This document shows, one piece after another, positions 1 through 13,300 of a stretch of DNA of 64,000 bases (its first letter is position 1; each line of letters opens with the position of its first letter). The translations under genes were made by a program, and so were the position numbers. The stretch is from Hypanus sabinus (taxonomy: Eukaryota), in contig NC_082721.1 in the NCBI RefSeq assembly GCF_030144855.1, positions 35,154,001 through 35,218,000 on the forward strand. Direction: 5' to 3'. A model generated the notes under the pieces. That model was given only the letters and a program-made list of their open reading frames with translations. It made no database searches and was not told the origin of the DNA.

Positions 1-2321
1 GAATAGAGTAAGGAGGCTGTAAACATTTTCAAGAGTAAGATCCAGACATGAGATTACCTTCTGGGGACAGTCTTTGTTGAGTTTCATATTTGAATTTTTA
101 TTAAAGAAGACTTCATCTGCTTTTATGGAAAAAGTACGATCTATTTTAAGTTAGAGCCCCTTTATATATTTATTGTAAAATTGATTTTGTTTGCTAATAT
201 CAGAGTAGAATTTGGTTTGTAATTAATTATGATTCAGTCTTAGAGATTCATATCTAATCCAAGAGCTATGATTAGATTTGATCCTTGTTTAAGAGGATAA
301 TTTGTCACAATCTGTTAGCTCCCAGTATAATTTTTCTTTAGTTTCTTTTCATAATAAAGCTATTCAAGTAATCAGAGCCATTATTTTGTTTCAAGGATGT
401 TCCTTTAGCTGGTGGGTATCAGTACATTTTGTTTTTCCCTAAACAGAAGTAATTTCCTCCCATTCACTAACCAGTGCAGAGTTGAGATTCAGTCTGTACC
501 TGCAATACTTATAACTTCTGAGTTTAATTATTACATAGGTAGGACTTGAGAAGTAGCTGCAATGCTGAACTCAAAACAGCCATCCATTGGGGAGACTGCA
601 ACTTGTGCCCAGGTTGGCACTGCTGACAGGAGGTTAACACTTGATCATATTGAAAATTATAAATTTTGGTTCCTGTACATTTTATACTCTAGGTATTTTA
701 TCATTGTGATTGACTTTACAGAAATGTCTGTTTCTGCACTTTTTGTAGAATTTCATCACTTGACTGCTTCTTAGTAGGAGAGGCAAGAATATTTTACATA
801 TTTATTGGTCAAGCTTGGGAGCAAGTGGGATACAGCAGAAAATTGTCCATTATATGCACAAGTTCACATCTGTGAAGAACAAGCAAAGGGGAGACTAAAA
901 TGTAGTTGCATCTTCTATACATTGATAATTCTAGAATTGTCAGTGACGAAGTATTTGGGGATTAAAATCTGTTTTGCTTTCATTTCATCTTCTCTGAATA
1001 AGCATTAATCATTTTATGATAATATTTAAAGGTAGATATTTGATTTGTTCTTCCTATAATTTTTGAAAGGTGTGTCTGCTTTAACAAGTAATACTACAGA
1101 TATGTGCAGATGGATCTAATGAAATTATCAGCTGTGTCTTGGTGTTGATATTCTCTGTGGCAAGAGGTCATGAGTTCAGGTCTCTCAGTGCCATTTCTGA
1201 TACTTCTCTTTTCCTTGCTGTTTGTGCACTTAGCTACCTACCATATTACATCAATACTTAACTGTGCTTTGTTAATTGTAATGTACTCTGGATTGTTCCA
1301 AGTTCATTAATGATGTAGTGTGAAAGGTGAACTCCTTCGCTTTCACTGTTATATTTGGCCTAAGATAATTTACCGTGATTCATTGCAATAGACATTACAT
1401 TAGTTCCTTAAAAAGGATCATATTAGTAATGACAGCCAGTATTGAGATGTGGCGACAAAGTTAATGTTCTTGCAGTACACCAATGTGGTGGCACATGAAT
1501 CCGTCATCATCATTCAATGGTATAATTGAGTGAAACGAGTTCATCAGATTGTCAAGTTTCAAATATTGTCTGGTGCATATTCGGGGAACTATAATTTAAG
1601 AAAATACCAATGCAATTTAAAAATAAGTACTTCTTTTTCCATTTAGATAATTCATGACACAGGAGGAAAATAATGGTATGTCATGTTTGTGCTGATTCAA
1701 ATGTTTTCTTGTGAGAAAACATCTTCAGTAAAATAAAGACCCTTAATACTCCATTATAACCAAAGCTGATGTGAAATTCTGATAAGCTTATCTTTGATTG
1801 AGGATATTGCAGTGGTGTGCCTGTGTTTTTACTGCTCATTTTTACTAAAAAGTAAATTATCATCATCTGGACATGTACAACTAAATGTGGATCTAACAAA
1901 GTTGCTGTCAGAGATTACTTCCTTCATGGATTGTACTGATTAAATTTACCCATTGATTCTACACTACAAAAATGTTTGTTCTCCTATAGGCAGGATAGAG
2001 TTTTTAATATCATAGTAAATGATAATTTATGCTTAAAGCTGCTTTAATCTTAAGGATTAATGTTATGAATGCAGTGTCTTCTCTTTGAAAAATTGCAGAT
2101 CCAAAAGTGTTTCTGTTTTTACCTTTCACTTTTTCTTTAAAGTTTGTTTCGCTAAACATTATTTTCTAACTTCTATTTTACCTTTGCTGCATAATTTAGA
2201 TATATTTAACTGAAGGCCACTGCTACCAAATTAGCTCATCAGCTATATCAAGGACAAAATCTGCTTATTCTCATCCCCTTTTTCTGTGTCGCTATTGTCA
2301 ATGATAGAAATGTTGCAGATA

Positions 2322-2837
2322 CAGATGGCCCCCAGTTTTTCAAACGTTTGCTTTATGACAGGTCGCTGTTACGAAAGACCTACATTAGTACCTGTTTTCG
2401 CTAACCAAAGAGGATTTTTGCTTTTATGAAGACGCTCACTTTATACGTGTGTTTACCTCAAGAAAGACTACCATGACCATGAAGCCTTGTGCGGGCTATT
2501 GTGTGCACATGTGTGTATGTGCTGATTTTTTTTCTCCAAATTGATTTTGGCTCACTGTCTCCTGATTCTGATAAGTGAAATGACACTGTACATACAATAT
2601 TTCTACTTTATATAGGCTGTATATTTATCATATAATTCCTGCTTTTACTATATGTTCATGTTATTTTAGGTTTTATGTGTTATTTGGTATGATTTGGTAG
2701 GTTATATTTTTGGGTCTGGGAACGCTCAAAAATTTTTCCCATATAAATTAATGGTAATTGCTTCTTTGCTTTATGACATTTCGGCTTATAAACAGTTTCA
2801 TAGGAACGCTCCACCTTCGGATAGTGGGGGAAACCTG
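2322..2837 (+). mobile_element. Tigger/pogo-type non-autonomous DNA transposon (MITE)
   Basis: TA|CAGATGGCCCCC...GGGGGAAACCTG|TA termini; both ends homologous to the longer copy at 8017-9396. Confidence 0.85.
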
Positions 2838-3119
2838 TATATGCTTCGGGGCTTCCTAAGTTTGTCTCTAGTGATGCTCTTCCAGAACAGTTGCAAATCT
2901 GATGTCCATCTGAGAATCTGGAAAATCCCTCAATTGTTACTTGTTTCTGTGAAATGCAGGACATGTATAGTCCTCCATGATCAATACTCTATTTGTCTAC
3001 TCTTGATTATCTGAAAGCTAATGAAATGTGTCATCATCATTGCTCTTAAATAATATTTATTTAAGAGTAACCTGCTCCCCAATGCTTTAAGAATCTTGCT
3101 AAGAACATTTGAGTCTAGA

Positions 3120-5620
3120 TCTAGATTGCAAGGAAATAGCAGATATTTGTAGTAAGCACAGGGTTGTGTTTGTGGGAGATTTTAATTTTCCTCACATAGA
3201 CTGGGAAGCCCATACTGTAAAGGGATGGATGATTTGGAGTTTGTAAAATGTGTGCAGGATAATTTTTTGCAGCAATACATAGAGGTACTGACTAGAGAAG
3301 GGGCAGTGTTGGATTTTCTGTTAGGGAATGAAATAGGTCAGGTGATGGAGGTATGTGTTGGGGAGCACTTCGGGTCCAGTGATCACAGTACCATTAGTTT
3401 CAATATAATTATGGAGAAGGATAGGACTGGACCCAGGTTTGAGATTTTTGATTGGAGAAAGGCTAACTTTGAGGAGATGCAAAAGGATTTAGGAGGAGTG
3501 GATTGGGACAATTTGTTTTATGGGAAGGATGTAATAGAGAAATGGAGGTCATTTAGAGGTGAAATTTTGAGGGTACAGAATCTTTATGTTCCAGTTAGGT
3601 TAAAAGTATGAGAGAGCCATGGTTTTCAAGGGATATTGGAAACTTGGTTAGGAAAAAGAGAGACATCTACAATAGATATAGGCAGCATGGAGTAAATGAG
3701 GTGCTCAAGGAATATAAAGAATGTAAGAAGAATCTTAAGAAAGAAATTAGAAAAGCTAAAAGAAGATACGAGGTTGCTTTGGCAAGTAAGTTGAAAATAA
3801 ATCTGAAGGGTTTCTACAGTTATATTAATAGCAAAAGGATAGTGAGGGATAAAATTGGTCCCTTAGAGAATCAGAGTGGACAGCTATGTGTGGAGCTGAA
3901 AGAGATGGGGGAGATTTTGAACAATTTCTTTTCTTCAGTATTCACTAAGGAGAAGGATATTGAATTGTGTAAGGTAAGGGAAACAAGTAGAGAAGTTATG
4001 GAAACTATGATGATTAAAGAGGAGGAAGTACTGGTGCTTTTAAGGAATATAAAAGTGGATCAATCTCCGGGTCCTGACAGGATATTCCTAGGACCTTGAG
4101 GGAAGTTAGTGTAGAAATAGCAGGGCCTCTGACAGAAATATTTCAAATGTTATTAGAAACGGGGATGGTGCCGGAGGATTGACGTATTGCTCATGTGGTT
4201 CCATTGTTGAAAAAGGGTACTAAGAGTAAACCTAGCAATTATAGGCCTGTCAGTTTGATGCCAGTGGTGGGTAAATTAATGGAAAGTATTCTTAGAGATG
4301 GAAAATATAATTACCTGGATAAACAGGGTCTGATTAGGAACAGTCAGCATGGATTTGTGCGTGGAAGGTCATGTTTGACAAAACTTATTGAATTTTTTGA
4401 AGAGGTTATGAGGGAAGTTGACGAGAGTAAAGCAGTGGATGTTGTCTATATGGACTTCAGTAAGGAATTTGACAAGGTTCCACACAGAAGGTTAGTTAGG
4501 AAGGTTCAATAGTTAGGTATTAATATTGAAGTAGTAAAATGGATTCATCAGTGGCTGGATGGGAGATGCCAGAGAGTAGTGGTGGATAACTGTTTGTCAA
4601 GATGGAGGCCGTTGACTAGTGGTGTGCCTCAGGGATCTTTACTGGGTCTAATGTTGTTTGTCATTTACATTAATGATCTGGATGATGGGGGTGGTAAATT
4701 GGATTAATATGTAGATGATACTAAGGTAGGTGGCGTTGTGGATAATAAAGTAGATTTTCAAAGCTTAGGCTAGTTTTAGGCTAGTTAGAAGAGTGGGCTG
4801 AACGATGGCAGATGGAGTTTAATGCTGATAAGTGTGAGGTGTTACATTTTGGTAGGAATAATCCAAATAGGACATATATGGTAAATGGTAGGGCAATGAA
4901 AAATGAAGTAGAACAGAGTGATCTAGGAATAATGGTGCATAGTTCCCTGAAGGTGGAATCTCATGTGGATAGGGTGGTGAAGAAAGCTTTTGGTATGCTG
5001 GCCTTTATAAATCAGAGCATTGAGTATAGGAGTTGGGATGTAATGTTAAAATTGTACAAGGCATTGGTAAGACCGAATTTGGAGTATTGTGTACAGTCCT
5101 GGTTACTGAATTATAGGAAGGATATCAACAAAATAGAGTACAGTGAAGATTTACGAGAATGTTACCTGGGTTTCAGCACCTAAGTTACAGGGAAAGGTTG
5201 AACAAGTTAGGTCTTTATTCTTTGGAGCGTAGAAGGTTGAGGGGGGACTTGAAAGAGGTATTTAAAATTATGAGGGGGATAGATAGAGTTGACGTGGATA
5301 GGCTTTTTCCATTGACAGTAGGGGAGATTCAAAGAAGAGGACATGAGTTGAGAGTTGGGGGCAAAAGTTTAGGAGTAACATGAGGGGGAATTTCTTTACT
5401 CAGAGTCTTAGCTGTGGTGGAACGAGCTTCCAATAGAAGTGGTAGAGGCAGGTTCGGTATTGTCATTTAAAGTAAAATTGGAGAGGTATATGGACAGGAA
5501 AGGAATGGAGGGTTATGGGCTGAGTGTGGGCCAGTGGGACTAGGTGAGAGTAAGTGTTCAGCACGGATTAGAAGGGCCGAGATGGCTTGTTTCTGTGCTG
5601 TAATTGTTATATGGTTATAT
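3120..5620 (+). mobile_element. CR1 LINE, 5'-truncated, disrupted ORF2 (APE endonuclease C-terminus + RT)
   Basis: VGDFNFPHIDW, LDFLL, GSSDH, SPGPD, NYRPVSL, SQHGF..GRSCLT, VYMDFSK.FDKVPH, GVPQGS, YVDDTK, RRLRGDL across ORFs 3225-5383; CR1-type 3' tail ending ctgtgctgtaattgttatatggttatat. Confidence 0.95.
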
Positions 5621-5654
5621 CTCATGACCATGATCAAATTACCAGCTTAATATA

Positions 5655-6555
5655 CAGTGCCTTGAAAGTATTCAGCCCTCAAACTTTTGTTCACATCCAG
5701 GGATTTTGATCAATTTAACTGAGAATTTTTATTTATGAATCACATGCTACTTTTTTCACAGTAGAGCCCAAAAACTGGTAAAATTGTAAAGCATGAAGAA
5801 CTAAAAATTCAAAAACTGAAATGTCAGCAGTTCAGAAGTATTCATCCCCCTTTGCTCAGTACCTTGTTGAACCATTTCTCGCAGCTATTATAACTAGTAG
5901 TCTTTTATAACTATTGTAAAAGATTTTATAATATAAATATAATTTTTATATCTATTATAACTAGTAGTCTCTATTAGCTTTGCACAATGTGATGGAGAAG
6001 GATTTTCCTATTCCACGCAAAATTGCTCAAGCTGTGCCAGGTTAGTTGGGGAGCAGTGGTGGACAGCAATTTTGAGGTCTTTAGAGATATTTGATGGGGT
6101 TAAGGTCAGGATTCTGACTTGGCCACTCAAGGACATCTGTTTTCTTCATTTGGAACCACTGCACGGTTGCTCTGGCAGTTTGCTTTGGGTTGTTGTCCTG
6201 CTGAAAGTTGAACTTCCTCCCCAGTTTAATGTTTCTGGCAGAGGCTAGCACATTTTTATTCAGGATCTCTGTATTTAGCAGCATTTATCTTTCTATCAAT
6301 CTGAACCAGATTTTCCATCCCTGCTGCTGAAAAGCATCCCCATAACATGATGGTACCTCCGTCCTACTTTACAGTAGAGATGGTGCTACCTGGCTGATAT
6401 GTACAATTAGATTTGTGCCATACGTACTACTAAAAAAAACATTCTTGCCTGGAAAGACTTTGCAAAGCGTCACTTGGAAAATGCTGTGAAAATTTGGGAG
6501 AAGATTTTGTGTTCGGATGAGACTAAAATGGAACTTTTGGCCTCAACACTTTAGT
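5655..6555 (-). mobile_element. Tc1-family transposon fragment with internal inversion
   Basis: TA|CAGTGCCTTGAAAGTATTCA terminus; minus-strand FQQDNNPK..LEWPSQNPDLNPI (ORF 6081-6284); plus-strand KKH..FAKRH..WEKILCSDETKMEL at ~6432-6550. Confidence 0.85.
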
Positions 6556-7140
6556 GTAAATCTAATCTTCTGGATGAGCCTTCCATGTACTCAAGATCCT
6601 CAGCGAGACTTCATGAATCACCTTTGTAACTTCTTCAAAAAGCTCATTCAAGTTAGTATGACAGGACTTCCCCTGCAGAGAGCTGTACTGACTGCCCCTT
6701 ATCAGGCCACAATTATTCAGATACTTGAACACTATCCCTAACAATCCTCTCTAGTAACTTCTCTACTTCTGATGTGAGACTCATTGCTCTATAGTTTCCA
6801 GGATTATCCCTATTTCCCTTGAATAATTAAAGAACATTACCTACTTGCCAGTATTCTGAGACCTCGCCAGTGGCTGGAGAAGAGAGACAAATATTGGTCA
6901 AGGTCGAATATCATCTCTACCTTTCATAATAACCTGGGGCACGTCCCAGCAGACCCTGGGGACTTGTGCAGCCTAATGTTCTTTAAGAGACCCAACAGTA
7001 CCTTCTTTATCTCAATACCTTAGCATGCTCTGCACTGATGTTCATTTCCTCGGTAAATACTGATGCAAAGTACTCATTTAGGATCTCTCAAACATTCACC
7101 ATCTCCAAGCATGTGTTTCTTTCTGTATCCTTTAAGTTCT

Positions 7141-7972
7141 TGTTACGTACCCTTGTCACGTGACTGGGGTTGAAGCTATACTGGACTTGAGGTAATGGTC
7201 TTGTGATGGTGGAGTGACGTCATTTTCCCGCCAGTAGAGGTCATGTGACAGGTTTTTTTAACAGGGTATAAAAGGAGGACCCCTCCCTGTGAGGAGGGGC
7301 AGTTTGTGGCTGGATTTGCCATGTTAACTTCATGCCACTGCGTGATTTAATGTTATGACGCAGTTTAGTTGAAAGATGAAGTTTTATCTAATGCCTAAAG
7401 TTTAAAAGGTATTTGCCAACAGTTTCTTTATAATACTGCTAGTTGAGATTCAGTGGAGAGTGAAGATCGGAGTTCAGGAGTTAAAAGATCGAGGAGAATC
7501 GATTTTGATGGTGAAACAGGTTCGACCTTGTTTGATCCTCATTCGGAAGGAATTCGTTGACTGTTCTCGTGTTAATCCCTGTGAAATAGCAGAAAGGATT
7601 GGGAACAGTTCTGTAAAGGAAAGGTCAGTGCCTTTAAGCTGTTCCATTTGTCCATCTACGTAAATTCCTCGTGGGAAAAGTTCGATTTGGGAACCGAAGC
7701 AACACGACGTGAAAGAGAATTTAAATTGTCTTTAAAAAGTCTCCCTTAAATGGACTGTGAGCATTTTGAACTTTTGCAATACTACTTTGAAGAACTGTTT
7801 TTGCAACATCGCTTTAAGAACTGTTTAAGCTGCCGCACAGCAGCTGATTTCCGGTTACGTTAGTGATTTGTTTACTTTTGGGGGGGGTTTGTTTTCAGTG
7901 TTTAATAAACGTGTTATTTGTTATAAAAACCCCTGCCTCACTCATATATTTATTGTTGCTGAGTCCGTAACA
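7141..7972 (+). mobile_element. Solo LTR (Gypsy-type)
   Basis: TGTTACG...CGTAACA inverted termini; 4-bp TSD ttct/ttca (one mismatch); TATAAAA ~7267; AATAAA ~7904; no internal region. Confidence 0.85.
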
Positions 7973-10160
7973 TTCAAAGTAAATTTATTATCAAAGTACA
8001 TAAATGTAACTATATAAAGGTGTCCCCTGTTTTTCAAACGTTTGCTTTACGACACCTCACTGTTACGAAAGACCTACATTAGTTACCTGTTTTCGCTAAC
8101 AGAAGGTGTTACAAACTGTTACAAAAAAAGGCAGTGCACACGCCGAATGGCCAAGCTCCTCCCCCGGAACTGCATTCTAGCCGGCATTGCTTAAACACGT
8201 GCCTGTGAGCATCTGTGCTTTATGTTGATTTATTTTGTGCATCCGTTAGCAAGATGAGTTCTAAGGTATCGGAAAAGCCCAAAAGTGTGCATAAGGGTGT
8301 AACACTTAGGGTAAAACTAGACATAATAAAGCGTTTCGTGGTGAACGAAGTAAGGATATAGTGAATTTGGCTAAGGGTTTGTGGAAATTGACGAAGATGA
8401 TGCTGAAGAGGTTTTGGCATTCCATGACTAAGAACTGACAGATGAACTGATGAAGAGGAAAGGATAACAATTGAAGCCGAACACAGTAGCAAACGGCCCA
8501 AAAGTGAAGTTGTCCAAAAACTGAACGTGAAGCAATTGCATGAGATTTTCACTGCAATGATTGCAGAAAAGTATGACTTTAATTTTGAAAGGGTACGTAG
8601 GTTCAGGGCATATTTGCAGGATGGTTTGAGTGCTTACAAAGAACTATGATAGAAAAATGCGTGAGGCTAAGCAGTCAAGCATACCGTCGTTTTTCAAGCC
8701 TTCCACATCAGCCACAGCAGACGACGAAACTCGGCCTTCGACATCGAGGCAGGCAGACATAGAAGAAGGTGACCTGCCTGCCCTGCTGGAAATAGACGAC
8801 GATGAGATGACACCCCAGTCTCCTCTACCTCCCACCACCCCAACCTCCGACAACTCAGCCTAACACACCATCATCAGCATCTTCACTGTCTTCCCGATTC
8901 CAGTAAGTGAAATTACACAAATTATTTCTGCTTTATATAGGCTGTGTATTTTTATGTTTTTTGGTATGATTTGGCAGCTTCATAGCTTAAAGGTTACTGG
9001 AAAGAGTACTTCTGCTGGGAGCGCTTGCGCTGTGTGTTTCTGCCAAGAGCACTTGTGCCGAGTGTTTTTGCCACAAGTGCTGTCGAGAGTCTTTCTGCCG
9101 AGAGTTCTTGCGTGAGATTTTTGCTGTGGTGGACATAACTGCAATAATTGCAGAAAAGTATTCCTACTTTATATAGGCTGTGTATTTATCAGATCATTTC
9201 TGCTTTTACTATATGTTACTGTTATTTTAGGTTTTATGTGTTATTTGGCATGATTTGGTAGGGTTTTTTTGGGTCTGCGAACGCTCACAAATTTTTCCCA
9301 TATAACTAAATGGTAATTGCTTCTTCACTTTACGACATTCCGGCTTATGAACCATTTCATAGGAATGCTCTACCTTCGAATAGCGGGGGAAACCTGTACA
9401 ATCCTGAAATTCATTTTTTTTGTAGGCATACAGCGTAAATCCAAGAAACACAATCGACTCAATGAAAGACTACACCTAAAGGGATGGATAAATAACGAAT
9501 GTGCAAAAAACAGGCTGTGCAAGTACAAAAGAAAAACATAAATAAATAAGCAAGAAATATTGAGACCATGAGATGAAGAGCCCTTGAAATTGAGTCCATA
9601 GGTTGTGGGAACAGTTAAGTGATGGTTGAGTGAAGTTATCCCTTCTGTTTCAAAAGCCTGATGGTTGAGGGGTAATAACAGATGTTGTGGGTCTTGAGGC
9701 TCCTGTACCACCTTCCTGATGCCAGTAGCAAGAAGGGAGCATGGCCTGGATGGCGGGGGGTGGGAGGGTTCCTTGATGATGGATGCTGCTTTTCTGCAAC
9801 AGAGCTCCCATTTTGATGTACTCAATGGTGGGGAGGATTTTACTTGTGGTGGTCTGGGCTGTATCCACTACTTTCTGTAGGATTTTCCATTCAAGGGAAT
9901 TGGTGTTTCCATACCAGGCTGTGATGTAACCTGTAATATACTCTCCACCACACATCAATAGAATTTTGTCAAATTTTAGATGTCATGCTGAATCTTTGCT
10001 GCCATGTTTTCTTTGTATTTGCTCTTGTGTAATAGACCCAGGACAAATCCTCTGAAAAGATAACAGAGGATTTTAATGTTGCTGACCTTCCATCTCCACC
10101 TTTAATTCCCTAATGAAATCTAGGTAATGGATCTCTGGATTACTCCTTCTGAAGTCAATA
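7973..10160 (-). mobile_element. Rex1/Babar-type LINE 3' fragment (interrupted by Tigger)
   Basis: ORF 9650-9958 ITGYITAWYGN..LQKVVDTAQ and ORF 9370-9825 RKAASIIKEPSHP are typical of the Rex/Babar ORF C-terminus. The (ttcaaag)n tail and tttatt at ~7973-8010 continue after 9397. Confidence 0.8.
8017..9396 (+). mobile_element. Tigger/pogo DNA transposon, internally deleted
   Basis: TA|(A)AGGTGTCCCC...GGGGGAAACCTG|TA. Transposase N-terminus MSSKVSEKPKSVHKGVTLRVKLDIIKRF (~8254) is fused to the acidic C-terminus (EIDEDDAEEVL..ELTDELM; KQSSIPSFFKP); DDD catalytic domain absent. Confidence 0.88.
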
Positions 10161-10337
10161 ATCCTACCTATTCCCTAGTTATTCTCTTGTTCTGATGTAT
10201 GTATAGAATGCTTTGGATTGCCTTTAATTCTATTTGCTAAGGATTTTCATGGCCCCTGTTGGCTTTCCTAATACTCTTTGGAGTTGTTTTCTGCGGCCTT
10301 TATAATTCTTTAAGAGTTCTATCTGATTTTTAGCTTC

Positions 10338-13300
10338 TGAAACTCCCTGGATTCCTTGGCTGTGTTAGTCTAGAGAAGATGCTCTCTGGTCCTGACAAAC
10401 TCGTGAGATTGAGACAGCTCTCCCACCCCAAATCCTGGTTTGTGTGGATGCTGCGTAATTTGCTACCCTGTTACAAATTACTGCCATGAAATAATAGACA
10501 GTACACTGCATGTGATTAAAGGAATTATATTTATGAAACTTAATCAAAGGGTTAGTAAAGAAAAACAAAAAGAAAGGGGCCCATTTTAATTAAATAGTCA
10601 AATGTGCATAAGTTGGAGCTCATCTTGATCTCCTCTGTCACTCATATGCTGGGCCCTCGGTCTGCATGAAAGCATATATCTTCCAAACCTTGCTAACAGT
10701 CCATCTCGAACAAACGGTTCTCCCATCAGATCATATCCTATGACTGGTTCTCCACAGCGTCTTCTCTTCATCTCCTGCTGAACAAAAGCCCCAAGACCAT
10801 CTATCTTAGTGTCCCTCACCAAAAAACACTTTCCCCCAGTTCCACCACCTAATTGGATGGAACACATTCCTCATCATCCTTTATCTTCAACAATAACCCC
10901 AAAAAGGCTGAAAGTAGAACAGACTGTTCTTACACAACTGCTAAATGAAATACCTATAGCATAATATTAAAGGTGTGAAACAGGGCATTACATGCTCCCC
11001 CCCCCCTCCACACTACAAATAGTCATGCCCTCATGACTTTAAAATAATTTGTCATCCCATCATTAATAACACCGTTTTCAAAGGAATTTCGTGATGTCAG
11101 AACCTCCAATCCATTTGTAAGTGGTAATGACATATCTCACTAGAGGGATATTCACAACACTCTGTTCCCCTGGTGCTACATAGTTCAGCCTGTCTGGGGT
11201 CTCCTGACTCTTTGAGGCCTCCTTACCCCATCATCTACTACTTCAGTTATAGACACTCCTTGGGATACATGGCGAGTCCTCCCCTGGTCTATCACTCATG
11301 CCTTCTGGCAACTCAGATCCCTCTGCCGCTTGGCTGAGCATCATTCTCAGTTACTTTAGAGCCCAACCCCCCCCAATGGTCTAGTTGCAAGCCTGCCTGT
11401 CCAATGCTAGTCCCCCCAATTTCACCTGCCTCAGCATGAGAATGGTTGGGAATCTCCTCTTCAATTAGTGTGGAGTTATTGAAAGGCAGTATATACCGCA
11501 CCCTTATTTCCTCATCCTCTGAGTCCGTATCCCATTCAGGGGTGGGGGCCAGCCTAATCCTTTCTGCTGCTAGTCCATCAGTGTCGCCTTGTTGCTGCAG
11601 AGTCCACTTACTATGTCTAGGGTCCAAGCCAGCTTCTGGGTCAACACGCACCTCTTGTTTCAGAGGTAGAAGGTGGTTCTGATAGAGAATCTTGACAGAC
11701 CCATTCCCATCCTCAGGTTTCACCCAAAAGTCTGATACATTTGTTATCTGATCCTCCTACATAGGTTGTTGCTGCCTAGCCGCCTAACTTGTGTTTCCCA
11801 GACAGTCCCATACTCTGAGGAATTGGTCTGCAGACATGAGTTGGGAGAACAATCTTTTGATCATACCTCCTCTTATTTCCTTGATTCTGTTTGGTAGCTG
11901 AGACGTCAGCTAATTCTTAAGCCTTTTTCAGCTCCCTTCTCATATCAGACAAACTTGTACTTCAGATAAGTTTTCTGCGGTAGATCTTCCTTGCCAGTCC
12001 CAAAACAGAGGATGACAGGCAATCTCACTTCGAGCCCAAACATCAGATAATATGGCGAGTACCTAGTAGATTAATTCTGTGTACAGTTATAGCAGTGGAC
12101 TAGATGTCCAATATCTTGACTCCACTTGGTCTTTTTGTTGATCTACAAAGTTCTGAGCTTGTCTAGCAAGGTCTGATTGAACCTATTGGGCTGGGGGTCA
12201 TCCTGCGGGTGATAAGGCATAGTCCTTGACTCCAGGCATGCTCAGTAATTCGTGTACGAGCTTACTCTCAAAATCCTGTCCCTGATCGCCATGTATCTAC
12301 TTGGGGAATCCATAATAAATGAAATACTTCTCCCATAACATTTTGGCCACAGTGGACGCCTTCTGATTCTTGGTAGGGAAGGCTTGTGCATATCTGGTGT
12401 TGTGATCTGTAATAACCAAAGACATTCATGTTTCTGGCATCTTGCTCTCGTGCCAGGAAATCCATACATCGAGGTCAAGTGGCCACGCACTCTGAAACTC
12501 TTCCTTCGTATAGATCAAGTGCACGACTGGCAGTGCTCTTCGACCTCTGGCTTCATTCGGGGCCAGTAGATCTGATCTCTGAGCAATCCGTAAGTCTTGT
12601 CAACCCCAAATGGTCAGAATCATCATGAGGTGACTTCAACACAATCCTCCGATATTTTTCAGGCAGAACCAGCTGGGAACGTCGAGGCCAGGCCATAGGT
12701 GACGTGACCCAGTGTAGGATCTGGTTCCTCAACTCCAATCTGGGCCATTCTCTCAATAGTAGAGACACTGCAGAGTGTTTCATCTTGTCTGCTTGGGCTA
12801 TGTCCTCTTTCACGACCACTGATCAAGCAGTACCAATATGCGGGTCATCTCGCTGAGTGGCTGCCACCTCCCCAGGGCTCAATTCTGGCAACTGTTTTGT
12901 CTTCAGAGCAGTCAGGTTGCAGTAAGCTTGTGGAATGGCACCATCAGAAGCTCCCAAATGTTCTACCGCTTGATTCTGCCCTTGCCTTTCCTCTGCCTTC
13001 CCCATGATGGAAAACTGGCACATGACTTTGACTCCAGGGGCAGGAACACTTTCCCACTCTCCATCCCTGTCCAGCCCTTGTTGTGCATGTTGGAGCAACA
13101 CATCAGCATCAATGTTCCGACTCCCCGACTGGTACTTCAGACTGAAATTGTAGGCAGACTACACCGCTGACCACTGTTGGTCTGTGGCATCCAGTTTCGC
13201 TGAGGTTAGAATATAAGTTAATGGATTATTGTTTGTCCTCACCTCCAACTTGGCACCATATAGATAGTCACTTAGCTTATCCAACACAGTCCATTTAAAT

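Larger units (their letters stand above)
6560..10337 (-). mobile_element. Old CR1 LINE split into 6560-7133 and 10161-10337 by nested insertions
   Basis: ORF 6562-6744 GLIRGSQ..GKSCHTNLNELFEEVTK. The KRITRE*VG remnant at ~10165-10190 continues into LKD..EILNEYFASVFTEE at ~7050-7133. Confidence 0.75.

Noticed and set aside
1-2320. Plus-strand exon candidates (e.g. acceptors ~1474, ~1646, ~1989) and ORFs 562-774, 805-1008
   Set aside because: Stops in the relevant frames or weak donors, and no recognisable protein similarity.
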